Assembly: GCF_004010195.1 (NCBI RefSeq)
Contig: NW_025215297.1
Location: forward strand, 19,147 to 83,146
Direction of reading: 5' to 3'
DNA length: 64,000 bases
DNA from: Chiloscyllium plagiosum
Taxonomy: Eukaryota
Program-made: the position numbers and the translations under genes
The notes under the pieces: generated by a model
The model's database searches: none
What the model was told of the DNA's origin: nothing
Seen by the model: the letters and a program-made list of their open reading frames with translations, nothing else
Shown here: piece by piece, positions 11,812-24,980 of the stretch
Layout of the letters: each line of letters opens with the position of its first letter
Numbering within the stretch: position 1 is the first letter of the stretch

Positions 11812-13184
11812 AGCATTCGAGATTAGTCTACTGTAAAGGAGGTTAAAACCGCTATAGTCCCAGGCAACTATAGGGTTGCTCTCCCTCTTGAGAGGGAAGG
11901 CTGGTGGTGGTGGTTTGACTTAAGGGTCACCTTACCTCGGGCATAGTTGGGAAGGAGGGACCTTCATGGTAATCTCAGCTGGTACAGGAATTCAACCCAT
12001 ACTGGTGGCATCGTTGGGCATAGCAAATTAGCTGTCCAGCCAGACTGATCCCTGAATGATCACTATTTGTCTCAACCAGTTTATCGCTTTTACTGTTTGT
12101 ACTCTGATCACAAACTTCCAATCAGGAATTTTGTACTTTTTGTTTGTTAAGCAAAGTACAGTTGACTCCACATTTGAAGTTCAATGTGAACCATGTGCTG
12201 CCCAAGGTTATTGGATTAGGCAACAGCTTTTTTTTTTCTAAAGACCTGTTGACCTCTTAACAGCTTGAAGACATTTTGCACACTTGCTGGCAGACCTCCA
12301 TTGGAGGTTAAAGAATGTGTTTTATAAACTGTATAGGTGAATAGAATATCCTTTTTTGTCACCTCTACTTAAGTAGAGGAGTACAGAAATGTTTTCACAA
12401 TGGCTGACTTTAATGGCACCATTTTAGGTTCAAGATTCCAGGTACAAATCTTGGATACAAAAGAGAAATAAATGGAAAAGTAGTAGCATTACTTTAGTGT
12501 CCAAAAAAAAGTTTGAACAAGACACTCAATGTTGTTAAAGGATTGACATTAGAGTCTGATAAATAATTGCCTGGATGAATTGAGTGCCAATTAACTTGTT
12601 TTAGAGATAACCAAATTGTAAGTTAAGTTTTTCTCACACTCATTGATTGGTTTTTCCATTGGATTGCTGGCAGCTGTATCCTGGGGATTTATCCTTTAAT
12701 GATTGGAGACTTCGGGCCTAGCCTGGAGGGTTGTTCACCCTAGTGGTCTGGAGCAGAGGGTTTGGCTGAGTATAGCACAGGTCAGAGGGATTGAGCCTGG
12801 GATTTGCCTGCACTACAGTTAGAAGTAAAGTTTTTCTTTAATGCCGATGCCCTGCTGAAAAATAGGATCATGGCCCCTTTCTTGGGGTATGGTGTGCAGT
12901 GTTGGGAGTTTTGGGTACAGTCTAGCCATGGGAAATGTTTTTGGAATGTAGAGGTGGTTGCTGCTGGGGGCCAAAGCTCGCTCTCTTAGAAATCCCAGTG
13001 GCTGCTGAAAGCTTTAAAAGGCATTACTTAAGGCTGAGGCTTATAAAACAAATAAACTACAAAATTCCCCTGAGGCACACACTGACCACTGGAATTGATT
13101 TGCTTTGTTTTTTAAAAGAAAAGTATTTATGGGATGTGGGCATTACTGACCAGGGCAGCATTTATTGTCATACCAAATTGTCCA

Positions 13185-13410
13185 AAGTTGAAGAGTGTGG
13201 CGCTGGGAAAGCACAGTAGGTCAGGCAGCATCCAAGGGACAAGAGAATTGACGCTTTGAGTATAAGCCCTTCATTAGGAATGAGGCTTGTGGCTCAAGGA
13301 GACAGAGCTAAATGGGAGTGGGGGAGGGGAAGGCAGCTGGGAAGGCAATAGGTAGATGAAGGTGATGGGTCGGAGAGGAGGGTGGAGCGGATAAGTGCAA
13401 AGGAAGATTG
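13185..13410 (-). mobile_element. Penelope pseudo-LTR fragment (family B), degenerate
   Basis: gctgggaaagcacagtaggtcaggcagcatcc...aagcccttcattagg. Confidence 0.7.
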
Positions 13411-13429
13411 GGGAAAATTGAACAGTTGG

Positions 13430-16400
13430 TGGAGAACTGCCAAAAGACCAACAGATGTAGGCCGCTAATCAGAATTCTGTCTAGAGAAGGAGTTTGCACA
13501 GAGAAAATACGTCAACACCGACCTGGAAAGCAAATCTGCAAATAGAAGATTCAACAGCTGGCTGGTTTTGAAATTTGAATTTTTCAGAATCTTAATTAGG
13601 GGTTTTCTCAGATTAGTATCATTGAAGGGAAAGTAAAAGAGAGGTTAGAAGACGGAGTTGTAAATAATTGTTAATTCTGTTATAATTTAAGAAATAAAGT
13701 TGTTAATTTGCACTTTAAATAGTTCTTGGCCTCTTGACTTTTCACAGATTACTGCATGGGATAAATCTTGCCCGTGTTACAGGTTTAAATTAGCAGGGGG
13801 GTTTTACCCTCTGTTGTAAGAGATTAGGGGCGCATCGCTGGGATTTGAATGATTTGGTGGTGGGGGGGCGGAGGGGTGTCAGGGGTGCTTTTGTCCACAA
13901 TTTGTATCTTGGATTTGAACTGGTTTTGACAAACTTGAATAGATTTGAAGGTATGAAAAATCCCAGCAGATTTGAACACTTGCAGGTTAGTGTCCTAGAT
14001 CTTTAAATAAAATGTAGATGAGGCAATTTGTTTACTTTTGGTGACTTGTGGTTGATTAAATTAAAAGTGAGAGAAATGGCTCTTAAAATTACTAAAGAGG
14101 TTCTGGGATTTGAAGATGATTCTCCAATTTGTCAAGAAAGTTTAGAAGGAAAGAGAAAGGCCATACTTTTAGAATTAGCAAAGAAGTTCAATTTGGGTTT
14201 AACCAAGGACAAAAGTAAAGCTGAAATTGTAATGAAATTGCTCAAACACTTGGGTGTGTCAGAGAAACCGACCAATGCATAGAGGTAGAAAAACCTAAAT
14301 TACAATGGAGGAAAATGGAGTCAGAAGATAAACCGAGAGAGAGAGAAGATTCTTAGCAGAGTAAGAAGAGAGAGAATTTGAACTTGAAGTTGTGACTTAG
14401 TCAGCCAAGTCTTGTTAACAGGATGGAGATTAAAAGAGAAGGTATTGATCTATACAAATGTCAAAACTCTGCCATATTTTGACAAGAAAGATGTTGAAGT
14501 CTTCTTTACTTCATTTGGAAACTTGGCTAGGTAGATGGAATGGTCTGAGGATTTATGGGTAATGAGTTCAGACTAAAATGGTAGGCAGAGCGAGTGAGGT
14601 ATTTGCAGTGCTGTCAGATGAGGGGTCACGAGATTATGCAGAGATTAAACAGGCTGTTTTAAGTGCTTATGAATTGGTACTAGAAGCATATAGACAACGG
14701 TTCAGAAACGCAAAGAAGGAACCAGGTCAGACTTATGTTGAGTTCAAAAGAATTATACATCGTCATTTTGATAGATGGGTGCATGCTTTAAAAATAGATA
14801 ACAGCTATGAGGTTTTGAGAGATTATTCTGCTGGAAGAGTTTAAAAACTCACTCCCAGAGATGGCAAGAATTCATATGGAGGAACAGAAAGTTCAGGAAG
14901 TGAGAAGGGCAGCAGAACTGGCAGATGAAAACATGTTGGTGCATCAAACTTCTGACCAGAATTTTGTCCTGTTAGGGATAGAAGTTGGGAGAAGGGGCGA
15001 TCCTACACTATGAAATAAAGAGTAGAGAGCACTGGTAAGAATTTACCACATGTGAAGGAAGCCCAGCTGGGTGAAAAGGAGGTGAAAGGCCTCTGGTGTT
15101 TTCACTGTAATGGAGCAGGACCCAGAAAATTATAGTGCTGGTGGTTTCAGAAGGGCACTGGAAAAAGGTGTTTTCATGGCCAGAAAGTGGGATATGTAAA
15201 GTCACATTGTTTCCCACAGTGCCTTTCTTTAATGGCCAGCAATGTGGTAACAGAAGCTAAGCCAATGGCATTAGTGAAGGTAGTAAAGCAGACCCCAAGA
15301 AGAGGCGAGGAGCTGTAGGAGAGTGCACAACCCGAGGCAGGGGCTGGTTATGGAGTTACTCCCTGATCTCTACCAAGAATTTGCCTCTGTGAGTAAAGTT
15401 TACTCAGGAAGAACAGGGGGAGAAGGACAAGAAGTTATAATTTTAAGAGATACAGGATCTAACCAGTCACTGATAGTAAGGGATGAGCAAATATGCACTG
15501 GTTTTGACCTGTTACCTGAGAGTGCGGTACTTTGGGAGATAGAAGGAAAAAACTTTGCATCCTCTTATGTAAGATCAGGTTGGAGGGCCAACTCAATACT
15601 GGGGATGTTACAGTGGGAGTGATTGACAGAGTACCAGTTCCAGGAGTTCAGTTTGTTCTTGGGAATGATTTAGCAGGACTCGAGATGGGACCCTTGTTGT
15701 GGAGAAGCCCAAGAAACTGTGGAGTTAAAACCGAAATATTTTGGTATTTTCCCAGACTGTGTGGTAAGTGGATTCCACTATCATAAGTCACAGCACAAAG
15801 TGAAAAGTAAAGAGAAAGATGAGGGAGTTGAGGTTCATTTAGTGGACCCCCTGTTTGGTGCAGGAAAAATCTGAACAGGCAGAAGGTCAGACAGAAGTGT
15901 TAAATCTTGAAAGTCAAAGAGACTTGCAACAGCAAGACCAAATGATAAAAGATATATAAGTGGATGCGTACTCTGAAAAGGAGGCAGAATATTCCAGAAG
16001 GTTATTATCTGAAAGATAGAATCCTAAAATGGAAATGGAGACCACGGCAGGTTTGTGCAGAGGAGAAGTGCACCAGATTGTGTTGCCAGTAACATACAGA
16101 CACATGGTGCTACAGGTAGCACATGAACTACCGATAGGAGGTCACTAGGGGTACGAAACACTCAGGCAAAAGTACAACAACATTGTTATTGACCTGGAAT
16201 GCACAAGAATGTGATTAACCTCTGTCATACATGTCATACATGTCATACATGTCAAGTGGTAGGTAAGCCACAGGGAGTAGTTACCAATGCCTGCATTTGA
16301 AGAACCTTTTACGCAGGTTATAATTGATTGTTTGGTTTCCTCCTGAGAACTAAAAGTGGGAACCAGTACTTGGCAACCATAATGGATGTGTCTACCAGAT

Positions 16401-18960
16401 TTTGGGATGCAATTCCATGAGGGAGCATCAAGGCAAAAGGGTAATAGAGGAGTTAGTAGCTTTCTTCACACGGTATGGGCTGGCTAGAGAGGTTCAATCA
16501 GACCAAGGGTCATATTTTACTGCAAGGCTCCCTACTGATGCTAGGAACTTTAGAAAGGTGGCATCAGACCTTGAAGACCATGTTGAGAGCATTCTATCCG
16601 GATTACCTGAATGATTGGGATAAAGGTATCCCATTCGTATTGTTTGCCATTAGAAATACCCCAAATGAATCTACTCAGTTCACTCTCTTCATGTTAATAT
16701 TCGAGCACAAAGTGAGATGTCCTTTGAAATTAACTAATGAAAAATTGACCGACCAAAGTCTGAAATCTCACACTTAGATTATGTATCGGAGGTGGAGAGA
16801 TTAAATTGAGTAGGTGAGTTAGCTAAACAGCACCTCAAGAGGGCACAGTATAGAATGAAACAGGTGGCAGATAAAAGCTCTGAGACTCAGCCATTTTCCT
16901 GAGGGGATGACATGTTAGTACTGTTACCAGTGATAGGAGATCCCTTCAAACCCAGGTTTAGTGGTCCCTATCAAATTGAGAAAAAGTTGAGTCAGGTGAA
17001 CTATCTCGTAAAGGTGCCAGACAGAAAGAAAAAGTATTGAGTATGTCAGGTGAACATGTTGAAACTGTATTATACGAGAGAGAATGAACTGGAGAAACAG
17101 GTGTTAGTTACTGTCCTGCAGAGTCAGGAATCAAATCCATATGATGTGGATTTTGAGGTGCTTCAAAACAGATTAAAAAATGAAGACGTCCTTGAGGAGT
17201 GGGATAGGTTAGTGAGCTATCTGTCTCAGGAGCATAGAATGCAGTTGAAAGATCTGTTACCGCAGTATAAGGACATATGTAAGAATCAGATGGGGAGGAC
17301 TAATGCTATTGTATGTGAAATAGACATAGGGAATTCTGCCCAATAAAACAACACCCATGTCAGCTTAATCCTTTCAAAGCCAGACAGGTCCAGATGGAGG
17401 TGGAGGCCATGCTCGACGAGAACATCATGGAACCAAGCCAGAGCGAGTGGAGTTCACCGATCGTCTTAGTTCCCAAACTGGACAGGACTCAACAATTCTG
17501 CACGGATTATCGGAAGGTCAATGCTGTTACAAAATCAGACTCATATCCAATTCCGAGATTGGAGGACAATATCGAGAAAGCCTAACAAGCCAGTTTCATC
17601 ATCAAGTTGGACTTAACGCGTGGTTACTGGCAGGTACCTTTATCAGAGTCGGTGAAAGAAATTTCTGCATTTGTAACCCCAACCGGATATATCAGTTTAA
17701 AGTGATGCCCTTTGGAATGAAGAATGACCAGCCGCATTCCAAATACCCACGAACAGAGTTGTAGCTGGGTTAACAAACTGCAGTCTATTTGGACGATGTA
17801 GTGATCTTTAGGAAGTTCTGGAAAGATCACATGGTACAGTTGGCAGAGCTCTTTGAAAGACTACGAGACGCAAAATTGGTAAATAAAATAAAATGGAATT
17901 TGTCAGAGCAGAGGTAATGGAAGGTTGACCCGATGGAAGAAAAAGACGAAGGCCATTGAGGAATTTCCACGACCAACCTCAAAGAATGAGGTGCTTTGAT
18001 TTTTAGGACTCAGTGGATTCTATTGGACGTTTGTTCCAAACTTCAGCAGTGTAGTGGCACTGTTGACCGATATGCTGAGGAAGAACACAAAGTTTCAGTG
18101 GACAGAACTATGCCAGGAGGCATTCGACCATTTGAAATCGATATTAACCACCAACCCAGTTTTAGCTACACCAAACTTTTCAAAACCTTTTAAAGTCGCC
18201 ATCGATGCTAGTGACATTGGAGTTGGAGCTGTACGCCTACAGGGGGATGAGGATGGGATTGAACTGCCAGTTGTTACTTTTCAAAGAAGTTCAACATCTA
18301 CCAGAGGAAATATCGCACAATTGAAAAGGAACTGTTGAGTTTGGTGCTGACCTTACACCATTTTAATGTGTATGTCATGAACAATGTGCCGGAGACGGTG
18401 GTGTACACGGATCACGATCCGCTTACATTCTTAGAACGCTTTAAAGACAAGAATATGAGACTATTTCGTTGGAGTCTTATGTCATAGACTTTTAACTGAA
18501 AAATTGTGCATGTTGCGGGTCAGAAGAATGTTATCGCAGATTTAACTGATAGAATTTAGATGAGATTTGTATTTATTTAAAATTTTATATACACACACAG
18601 GTATTTGGGAAGAAGTTAAGGTGAATTTAGATTAAAGTTATCAGAATGTTAGGGTAATGTGTTTAAAGAATGAAGGAAATAAGAAGCCATCTTTTCATTA
18701 TCTTGGTTCATTTTTTTCTTAAGGGGGGAGGTGTTATGAAGATGTAGGTGTACTGTACCTTTAAGAGAGTGAAATGGTGAGCAGAACTATCCGACAGCAC
18801 CAAGTATTCTGAATAGGATACAATGTAACATGTGGTCCAGCAGCTAGGGTAGCTGGTTGCCTGGAGACAAAAACAAATTTGAATTAGGCCAATCAGTTTA
18901 ATTATACCCCACCCCAAAAAACCAAACTCCAATCCAGTTTGAATTGAGTATATTGACAAT
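13430..18960 (+). mobile_element. Gmr1-like Gypsy LTR retrotransposon, degenerate (gag-PR-INT-RT-RH)
   Basis: 5' LTR end about 13821 then degenerate tRNA-Pro-like PBS. gag GRASEVF..AYELV.EAYRQRFR; protease ILRDTGS about 15440; integrase AHELPIGGH, VQSDQGS, LERWHQTLK, FSGPY about 16120-17070; RT WSSPIVLVPK, YLDDV about 17400-17900; RNase H IDASDIGVGA, VYTDH about 18190-18540. PPT aaggggggagg 18721-18731; truncated 3' LTR from TG at 18732. Confidence 0.9.
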
Positions 18961-19229
18961 TACCACTCGCTGCTCTTGTGCTAGCATACATGCTCCTGTA
19001 ATTCTTTCTGGGAAAATGGACATGTAATCCAACAATGAGGATTTATCTTTTGTTTTAAGGACTTCTTCCTAGTCAATTTTAATGGAACCCTAATTTCATA
19101 GCCAATAATAATTTCAAATAGATTAAAGCCAGTAGATTCATTTGGTGAATCCTGAGAATCAAATCATAAAAAAATTAATCCTTTTGTTCCAATGCTGTGG
19201 GTATTTATGAAAATATGTTTGAATCATTG

Positions 19230-19740
19230 TTTTGAGAGTCTAGTAATACCCATCCCACGGTCTGTTGAAAAGAATCCAAGTTTGTCCAATCTCTCCTTGT
19301 AGCTGATACACTTCAATCCAGGCAACATCCTGGTAAACCTCTTTTGCATTCTGTCCAAGGCCTCCACGTTCTTCCTGATGTGTAGTGACCACCAGAGCTA
19401 TACATGACACTTGTGACTCAAGGTTGAAAGGTCTGGTGCTGGAAAAGTGCAGCAGGCCAGGCAGCATCCGAGGAGCAGGAGAATCGACGTTTCGGGCATA
19501 AGCCCTTCTTCAGGAATGAGGCTGGTGTACCAAGTGGGCTGAGATAAAAGGTGGGTGGAGGGGAGTTTGGGGGAGGGGCGCTGGGAATACCAACTAAAGT
19601 TACATACAGCTATAACATGACTTACCAACTTTTATAGTCAATGCTCTGACTGATTAAGGCAAGCATGCTCTACGCCTGCTTTATCACGTTCTCCACTTGT
19701 GTTGCCACTTTCCAGGAGTTACGGATTTGCTCTGTATCTC
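19230..19740 (-). mobile_element. Old CR1 fragment interrupted by a family B Penelope pseudo-LTR (about 19420-19590)
   Basis: aggcaacatcctggtaaacctcttttgca... CR1 3' motif; inserted ggaaaagtgcagcaggccaggcagcatcc block. Confidence 0.7.
19481..19517 (-). ncRNA. Minimal hammerhead ribozyme (family B), intact core
   Basis: AUUC-CUGAAGA-A-GGGC(UUAU)GCCC-GAAAC-GUC-GAUUC; near-identical copies at about 24453-24489 and 44347-44380 (minus). Confidence 0.7.
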
Positions 19741-20307
19741 AATGCTCCTCAGGAAGCCAAACATTTATTTTGAATTATCCTCATTCTTAAATAGAGTTTG
19801 GGCTACTCTAATACTTGTTTGACATATTAATGTGACCTTTGGTGATTAACTTTGTTTAGCTGTTGTGCTGGTCACTACAATGAAAAATTATCTGGAACCT
19901 GATGTTTTAATTGTTCCATCTCTTTAGCCTCAACTCGATTTTCCATAATTATCGGAGAAAGCTGTGTCTTTCAGTTCCACTAAGTTATTCCTCAGGAGTA
20001 AATCAACTCAGTCCATGGTAATTTCTTCTGTACAGTCCCTACTACTAGCCTGGACAATAAGTCACACTCTAAATGGACATTGTACAATGGAAACGCAATA
20101 TAATCTCCAACTATCCCATTTACATTGGCTTTCATTGGATCCTTTGGAGGAAGAACTGTTTCCTTCTCCAGCAAAAGACTTTGAGTAGCCCCTGTATTCC
20201 TTACTATAGTTATGGGCTTAGATGATTCATTTGAAGAAAAAAAGCAGTGGTGTAAACACAGCAGTCTTTACCTCCAGTCTCTTATAGTCAATTGGAATTT
20301 GATCCAT

Positions 20308-22727
20308 TGTGTGATGATACTGTGGCTTTAAGAGGTGTGTTTTGTCTTGGTTTCTTTTTGACAGGGATTGGAGGATAAATGGCGAGCACTGTATAAGAAG
20401 ATAAAGGACTTGTGAAGCCTTGGGTGTTTCTTTTAATTTGAAACAATAGAAGCAGCCTGAATGGGTGTGACCAAACTCCCACAGCACCAGGATCTTTAGT
20501 TTAGCTTTGAGAAGTTGTTGCTGGGGTCTCAGTCGGGTTGGAAGGAGTGAATCTCTCCTGGCTGCTGCACTCTCTCTTAGAATTAGCTTTTGATATTCTT
20601 TCCTCCTCGACTGGAAAACTGCATGTGAGACAATCTGTTTTCTGAACTTGTCTTTTGCCAAGGGTGTGTTTATAGGATGTTGCCTTGTTGGACCAGTTAA
20701 TTAGTAATAGTTACTGTATCTATTGTTCCGTTAAGTTTTCCAATAGAATTGTTATTCCTTCTTTCTTTTGTTGTATTTTAATTAAAGTAGATGAATAAAG
20801 TACGTTTTGCTTTAAATCCGGTAGTTTGACCAGTCAAACTGCTGCTGGACTCAACACTTTACATTTATCTTTAAAATAAGAAAATGTTAGGGTCCAGACT
20901 TTCTTCTGAATAGTTTGAGGGGTTTTTATCTGGTCCATAACAAATTGAGGGCTCTTGAGATCAAAATCTCTAATTCCAAGTTGGGTTTAAGATTGTTGGA
21001 TTCAAAGGCAGCGAGTGGTAAATGTTGGTATCTTTTATTTCAGGTGTTGCATTCAGAAGTGGTTGAAACAGAGTGTGCCTTGTGTAACAATGGCTCTTTC
21101 AGTCACGAAAAATTTCATGGAGGTGGAAGAAGTCACTTCGGAAGCTTTAGAGGAAGTGAGCAAAACTAAGCTTTACGAATTGCTAAACATACTGAAGTTG
21201 GAGTTACCTGGATCTGTGAGAAAAAGGGGATGTGCTCTGGCAGTCATGCAGCATTTGCAGTTGCCTGGAATGCCATTGGAATCTGTGGAAAATGGCTAAA
21301 ATTCAATTGAAAATAAAGCAGCTTGAACAGAAGAAGGAACTGAAACAGTTTGAATTTCGTTCCTGAAAATGGAGGAAAAGCAGAAAGAGAGAACAACTCC
21401 AGCAGAGGAAAACAAAGAGGGAAGAATAACCTTAGCAGAAGAAAGGGAGAAAGAGAGAGAAGAAAAATAGAAAGAGAGCAAGTTTGCACTTCGGATGTTT
21501 GCAATTAGAGAGGAAAGTCAACTTAAAAGGGTGGAGGTGAAGGGAAAAGGTAGGCTTGGTGAGGAGGACAGTGAGGATGAACCAACCCATCACAACCAAA
21601 GGTCTGGTGGGGATCTGTTTAAATATGTCCAAGTGTTGCCTAAGTTGATGAGAAGGATGTTGAAGCCTTTTTCATTTCATTTGAGAAAGGGTCTAAACAA
21701 ATGAAATGGTCAGTGACCATGTGGGTACTGTTGATCCAACCAAAGTTAGTAGGTAGAGCTAGTGAGGTATTTGCATCATTATCAGAGGAGGTGTATGGGG
21801 AGTAATGAGGAAGTCAAAAACGACAGATGTGGGAAAACAGGATAGGCCAGTGAGTTTGATTGAAATTATAAAGAAAAGCTCAGTAGAAGCTAAAAAGCTG
21901 CACTAGAATGTACAACTTGGTCAGGGGTTAGTTGACAAGAAACCGCCAGATATCTTTCAACAATTTACTTGTGAGGGTAAGATTTACCCACGTATGTCAG
22001 GAGGAGGGTAAAGAAATTAAAATTTTAAGAGACATGGGAGCAAGTTAATCTTTGATGGTGAGAGATGAGAAGATGTGTAATTCAGAAAAGGTGGTAATAT
22101 GAGGAATTCATGCTAAGAAGAGTCGTGTTCGATCATATAAAGTGAGGTTGGAGAGTCCAGTGGAAAGGGTTGGTAGGAGTAATAGAGAAATTCTTGGCTC
22201 CAGGGATATAATTGATCCTTGATATAGTTGGATCACAGGTTGGAGTGATTGAAAAGCCAATGGAAAAACAAACAACTGAGGTATTACAGGAAGGAATATT
22301 ACAGGAAGGGATTTTTCCTGACTGTGTGTTAGCAAGGTCACAAAGCCAAAGGTAGTAGCAGGAAGAGAATCAAAGAATAAAGGGAAGGAAGTTGAAATTC
22401 ATTTGTCAGAGACTGTGTTTGCTCAGATGGTTTAGAAAAACAGGAACAGGCAGAGGACAAAGTGGATATTTTTAGATCAGAGAAATTAACTGAATTACAA
22501 CAGAAAGATTAAAAAAAAGTTGCGTTAAAAAGCATACACAGAAGTAGAATCTGAGTGAATCCCAGAATGTTACTATCTTAAAAATGGTGTCTTGATGAGG
22601 AAATGGAGACCACTACATATTCAGGTGGATGAGAAATGGGCAGCAGTTCATCAAGTTGTATTATTGGTGGGTTATAGAAAGGAGTTGTTGTGGGTAGCAC
22701 ATGAATTACCAGTAGGAGGTCATTTGG
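20308..22727 (+). mobile_element. Second Gmr1-like Gypsy element: 5' LTR (about 20308-20942), gag, internal deletion, protease, start of integrase; truncated by a LINE
   Basis: LTR ends ...ccataaca followed by degenerate Pro-PBS ttgagggctc; GGDLFKYVQVLPK, LVGRASEVFASLS; ILRDMGAS; AHELPVGGHL directly after the protease region. Confidence 0.8.
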
Positions 22728-24980
22728 TTTGATTTGATTTGATATATTGTCATGTGTCCCTAAGTACAGTAAAAAGTTTTGTTTACGAGCAGCACAAGCA
22801 GATCATAGTAAGCAAGATCATACAGATCATAGGGCGATCAAAAACCTTGGACAGAGATATACAAGTTACACTGCACAGGGCGTGCACCAGGCGAGATCAA
22901 CATTAACAAGATCAACTTTATTTGAAGTTAGAATGTATTCATCAGTTTAATAACAGCAGAGAACATAGAACATAGAACATAGAACATAGAACAATACAGC
23001 ACAGAACAGGCCCTTCGGCCCACGATGTTGTGCCGAACATTTGTCCTAGCTTAAGCACCCATCCATGTACCTATCCAATTGCCGCTTAAAGGTCACCAAA
23101 GATTCTGACTCTACCACTACCACAGGCAGCGCATTCCATGCCCCCACCACTCATTATTGGCCAGTTAACCTTCATATCTCATTTTTCCTCTGCGTATTTC
23201 CTTCTTAGTAATCCTCTGTTGCTCTTTAAAAGCTTCCCAGTCCTCAGTTTTCCTAATTATCTTTGCTATGTTCTCCCTTTTCTCTTTTAACTTTATATGT
23301 TTCTTAACTTCCCTCGTCAGCCACGGCCGCCCATGCCTCCTCCTGGGATCTTTCTTCCTTTTAGGAATGAACTGATCCTGCAACTTCTGCATTATACACA
23401 GAAATATCCGCCATTGTTCCTCCACGGTCATCCCTGCTAAGGTATTGCACAATTGAACTTTGGCCAGCTCCTCCCTCATAGCTCCATAATTCCCTTTATT
23501 CAACAGAAATGCTGTCACTTCCGACTGTACCCTCTCCCTCTCAAATTGCAGATAGAAGCTTATTGNNNNNNNNNNNNNNNNNNNNNNNNNNNNNNNNNNN
23601 NNNNNNNNNNNNNNNNNNNNNNNNNNNNNTTTCCCTCTCTCCCATGCCTCCTGACTTTCCGCATAAGCCTACCATGGGGAACCTTATCAAATGCCTTACT
23701 AAAATCCATGTACACTACATCCATTGCTCTTCCCTCATCCACATGCTTGGTCACCTCCTCGAAGAATTCAATAAGACTTGTAAGGCAAGACCTACCCTTC
23801 ACAAATCCGTGCTGGCTGTCCCTAATCAAGCAGTGTCTTTCCAGATACTCATAAATCCTATCCCTTAGTACCCTTTCCATTACTTTGCCTACCACAGCAG
23901 TAAGACTAACAGGCCTGTAATTCCCGGGGTTATCCTTATTCCCTTTTTTGAACAGGGGCACAACATTCGCCACTCTCCGGTCCCCTGGTACCACCCCCGT
24001 TGACAGTGAAGACGAAAAGATCATTGCCAACGGTTCTGCAATTTCCTCTCTTGCTTCCCACATAATCCTAGGATATATCCCGTCAGGCCCGGGGGACTTG
24101 TCTATCCTCAAATTTTTCAAAATGCCCAACACATCTTCCTTCCTAACAAGTATCTCCTCTAGTTTACCAGTCCGTTTCACACTCTCCTCTTCAACAATAC
24201 GGTCCCTCTCATTTGTAAATACTGAAGAAAAGTACTCATTTAAGACCTCTCCTATCTCTTCCGACTCAATACATAGTCTCCCACTCCTGTCCTTGATCGG
24301 ACCTGTTCTTGAACTTGTTGGTGTGTATTCTGTATTTTCTGCCTAACAGAAGAGGTTGTTGGAGAGATTACCGGGATGGGATGGGTCTTTGACGAGCTGA
24401 AAATGTGTTGCTGGAAAAGCGCAGCAGGTCAGGCAGCATCCACGGAACAGGAGAATCGACGTTTCGGGCATAAGCCCTTCTTCAGGAATGATGAGTCGTC
24501 AAAGCCCTTCTTTGACGGTGTTGACAGCTTTTCCTTGGCAGTGAGGCATGTAAATGGAGTCCATGGATGGAAGGTAGTCTGGGCTGTGCACACAAACTTC
24601 TGTAGTTTCCTACGGTCCTGGACAGAGCAGTTACCATACTAGGCCATTTTGCACCTGGACAGTATGCTTTCTATGGTGCATCTGAAAATGCTGGTGAGGG
24701 TGCTTATGAACAGGCTAAATTTGCTGAGCAGCCTGAGGAAGCAGAGGAGTTGTTGTGAACTTCTGTCTGTCGCATCAATGTGAGAAGTCCAGGATGGGTT
24801 GTTGGTCATCGTCACTCCTAGAAACTTGACACTCTCAATCCTCTCAACCTCTGCAGATGCTCTCCTCCTTTTGTTCTGACGATCTTTAGTTTTGCTGACA
24901 TCGAGAGAGAGGTTGTTATCATTGCACCACGGCACCAAGCCCTCTAACCCCTTTCTGAACTCTGACTCATCATCGTTGTT
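22728..24980 (-). mobile_element. Rex1/Babar LINE 3' fragment, interrupted by CR1 and a Penelope pseudo-LTR
   Basis: WCNDNNLSLDVSKTK, VERIESVKFLGV, FRCTIESIL; (atcaa)n-like tail at about 22728-22745. Confidence 0.8.
22960..24300 (-). mobile_element. Young CR1 LINE, internally scrambled or collapsed across a gap
   Basis: (ttctatg)n tail 22960-22992; open DKSPGPDGIYPR..GNYRPVSLT..QHGF..YMDFSKAFDKVPH; segment order inconsistent across the N-run. Confidence 0.9.

Noticed and set aside
19928..20190. Ser/Thr-enriched stretch after an acceptor-like site, as a candidate mucin PTS exon
   Set aside because: No sustained PTS-like open frame from the acceptor, no repeat structure; not supportable
23153..24300. 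Apparently rearranged CR1 as a novel element structure
   Set aside because: The order change coincides with an N-gap inside a young high-copy repeat; a collapsed assembly is the simpler explanation
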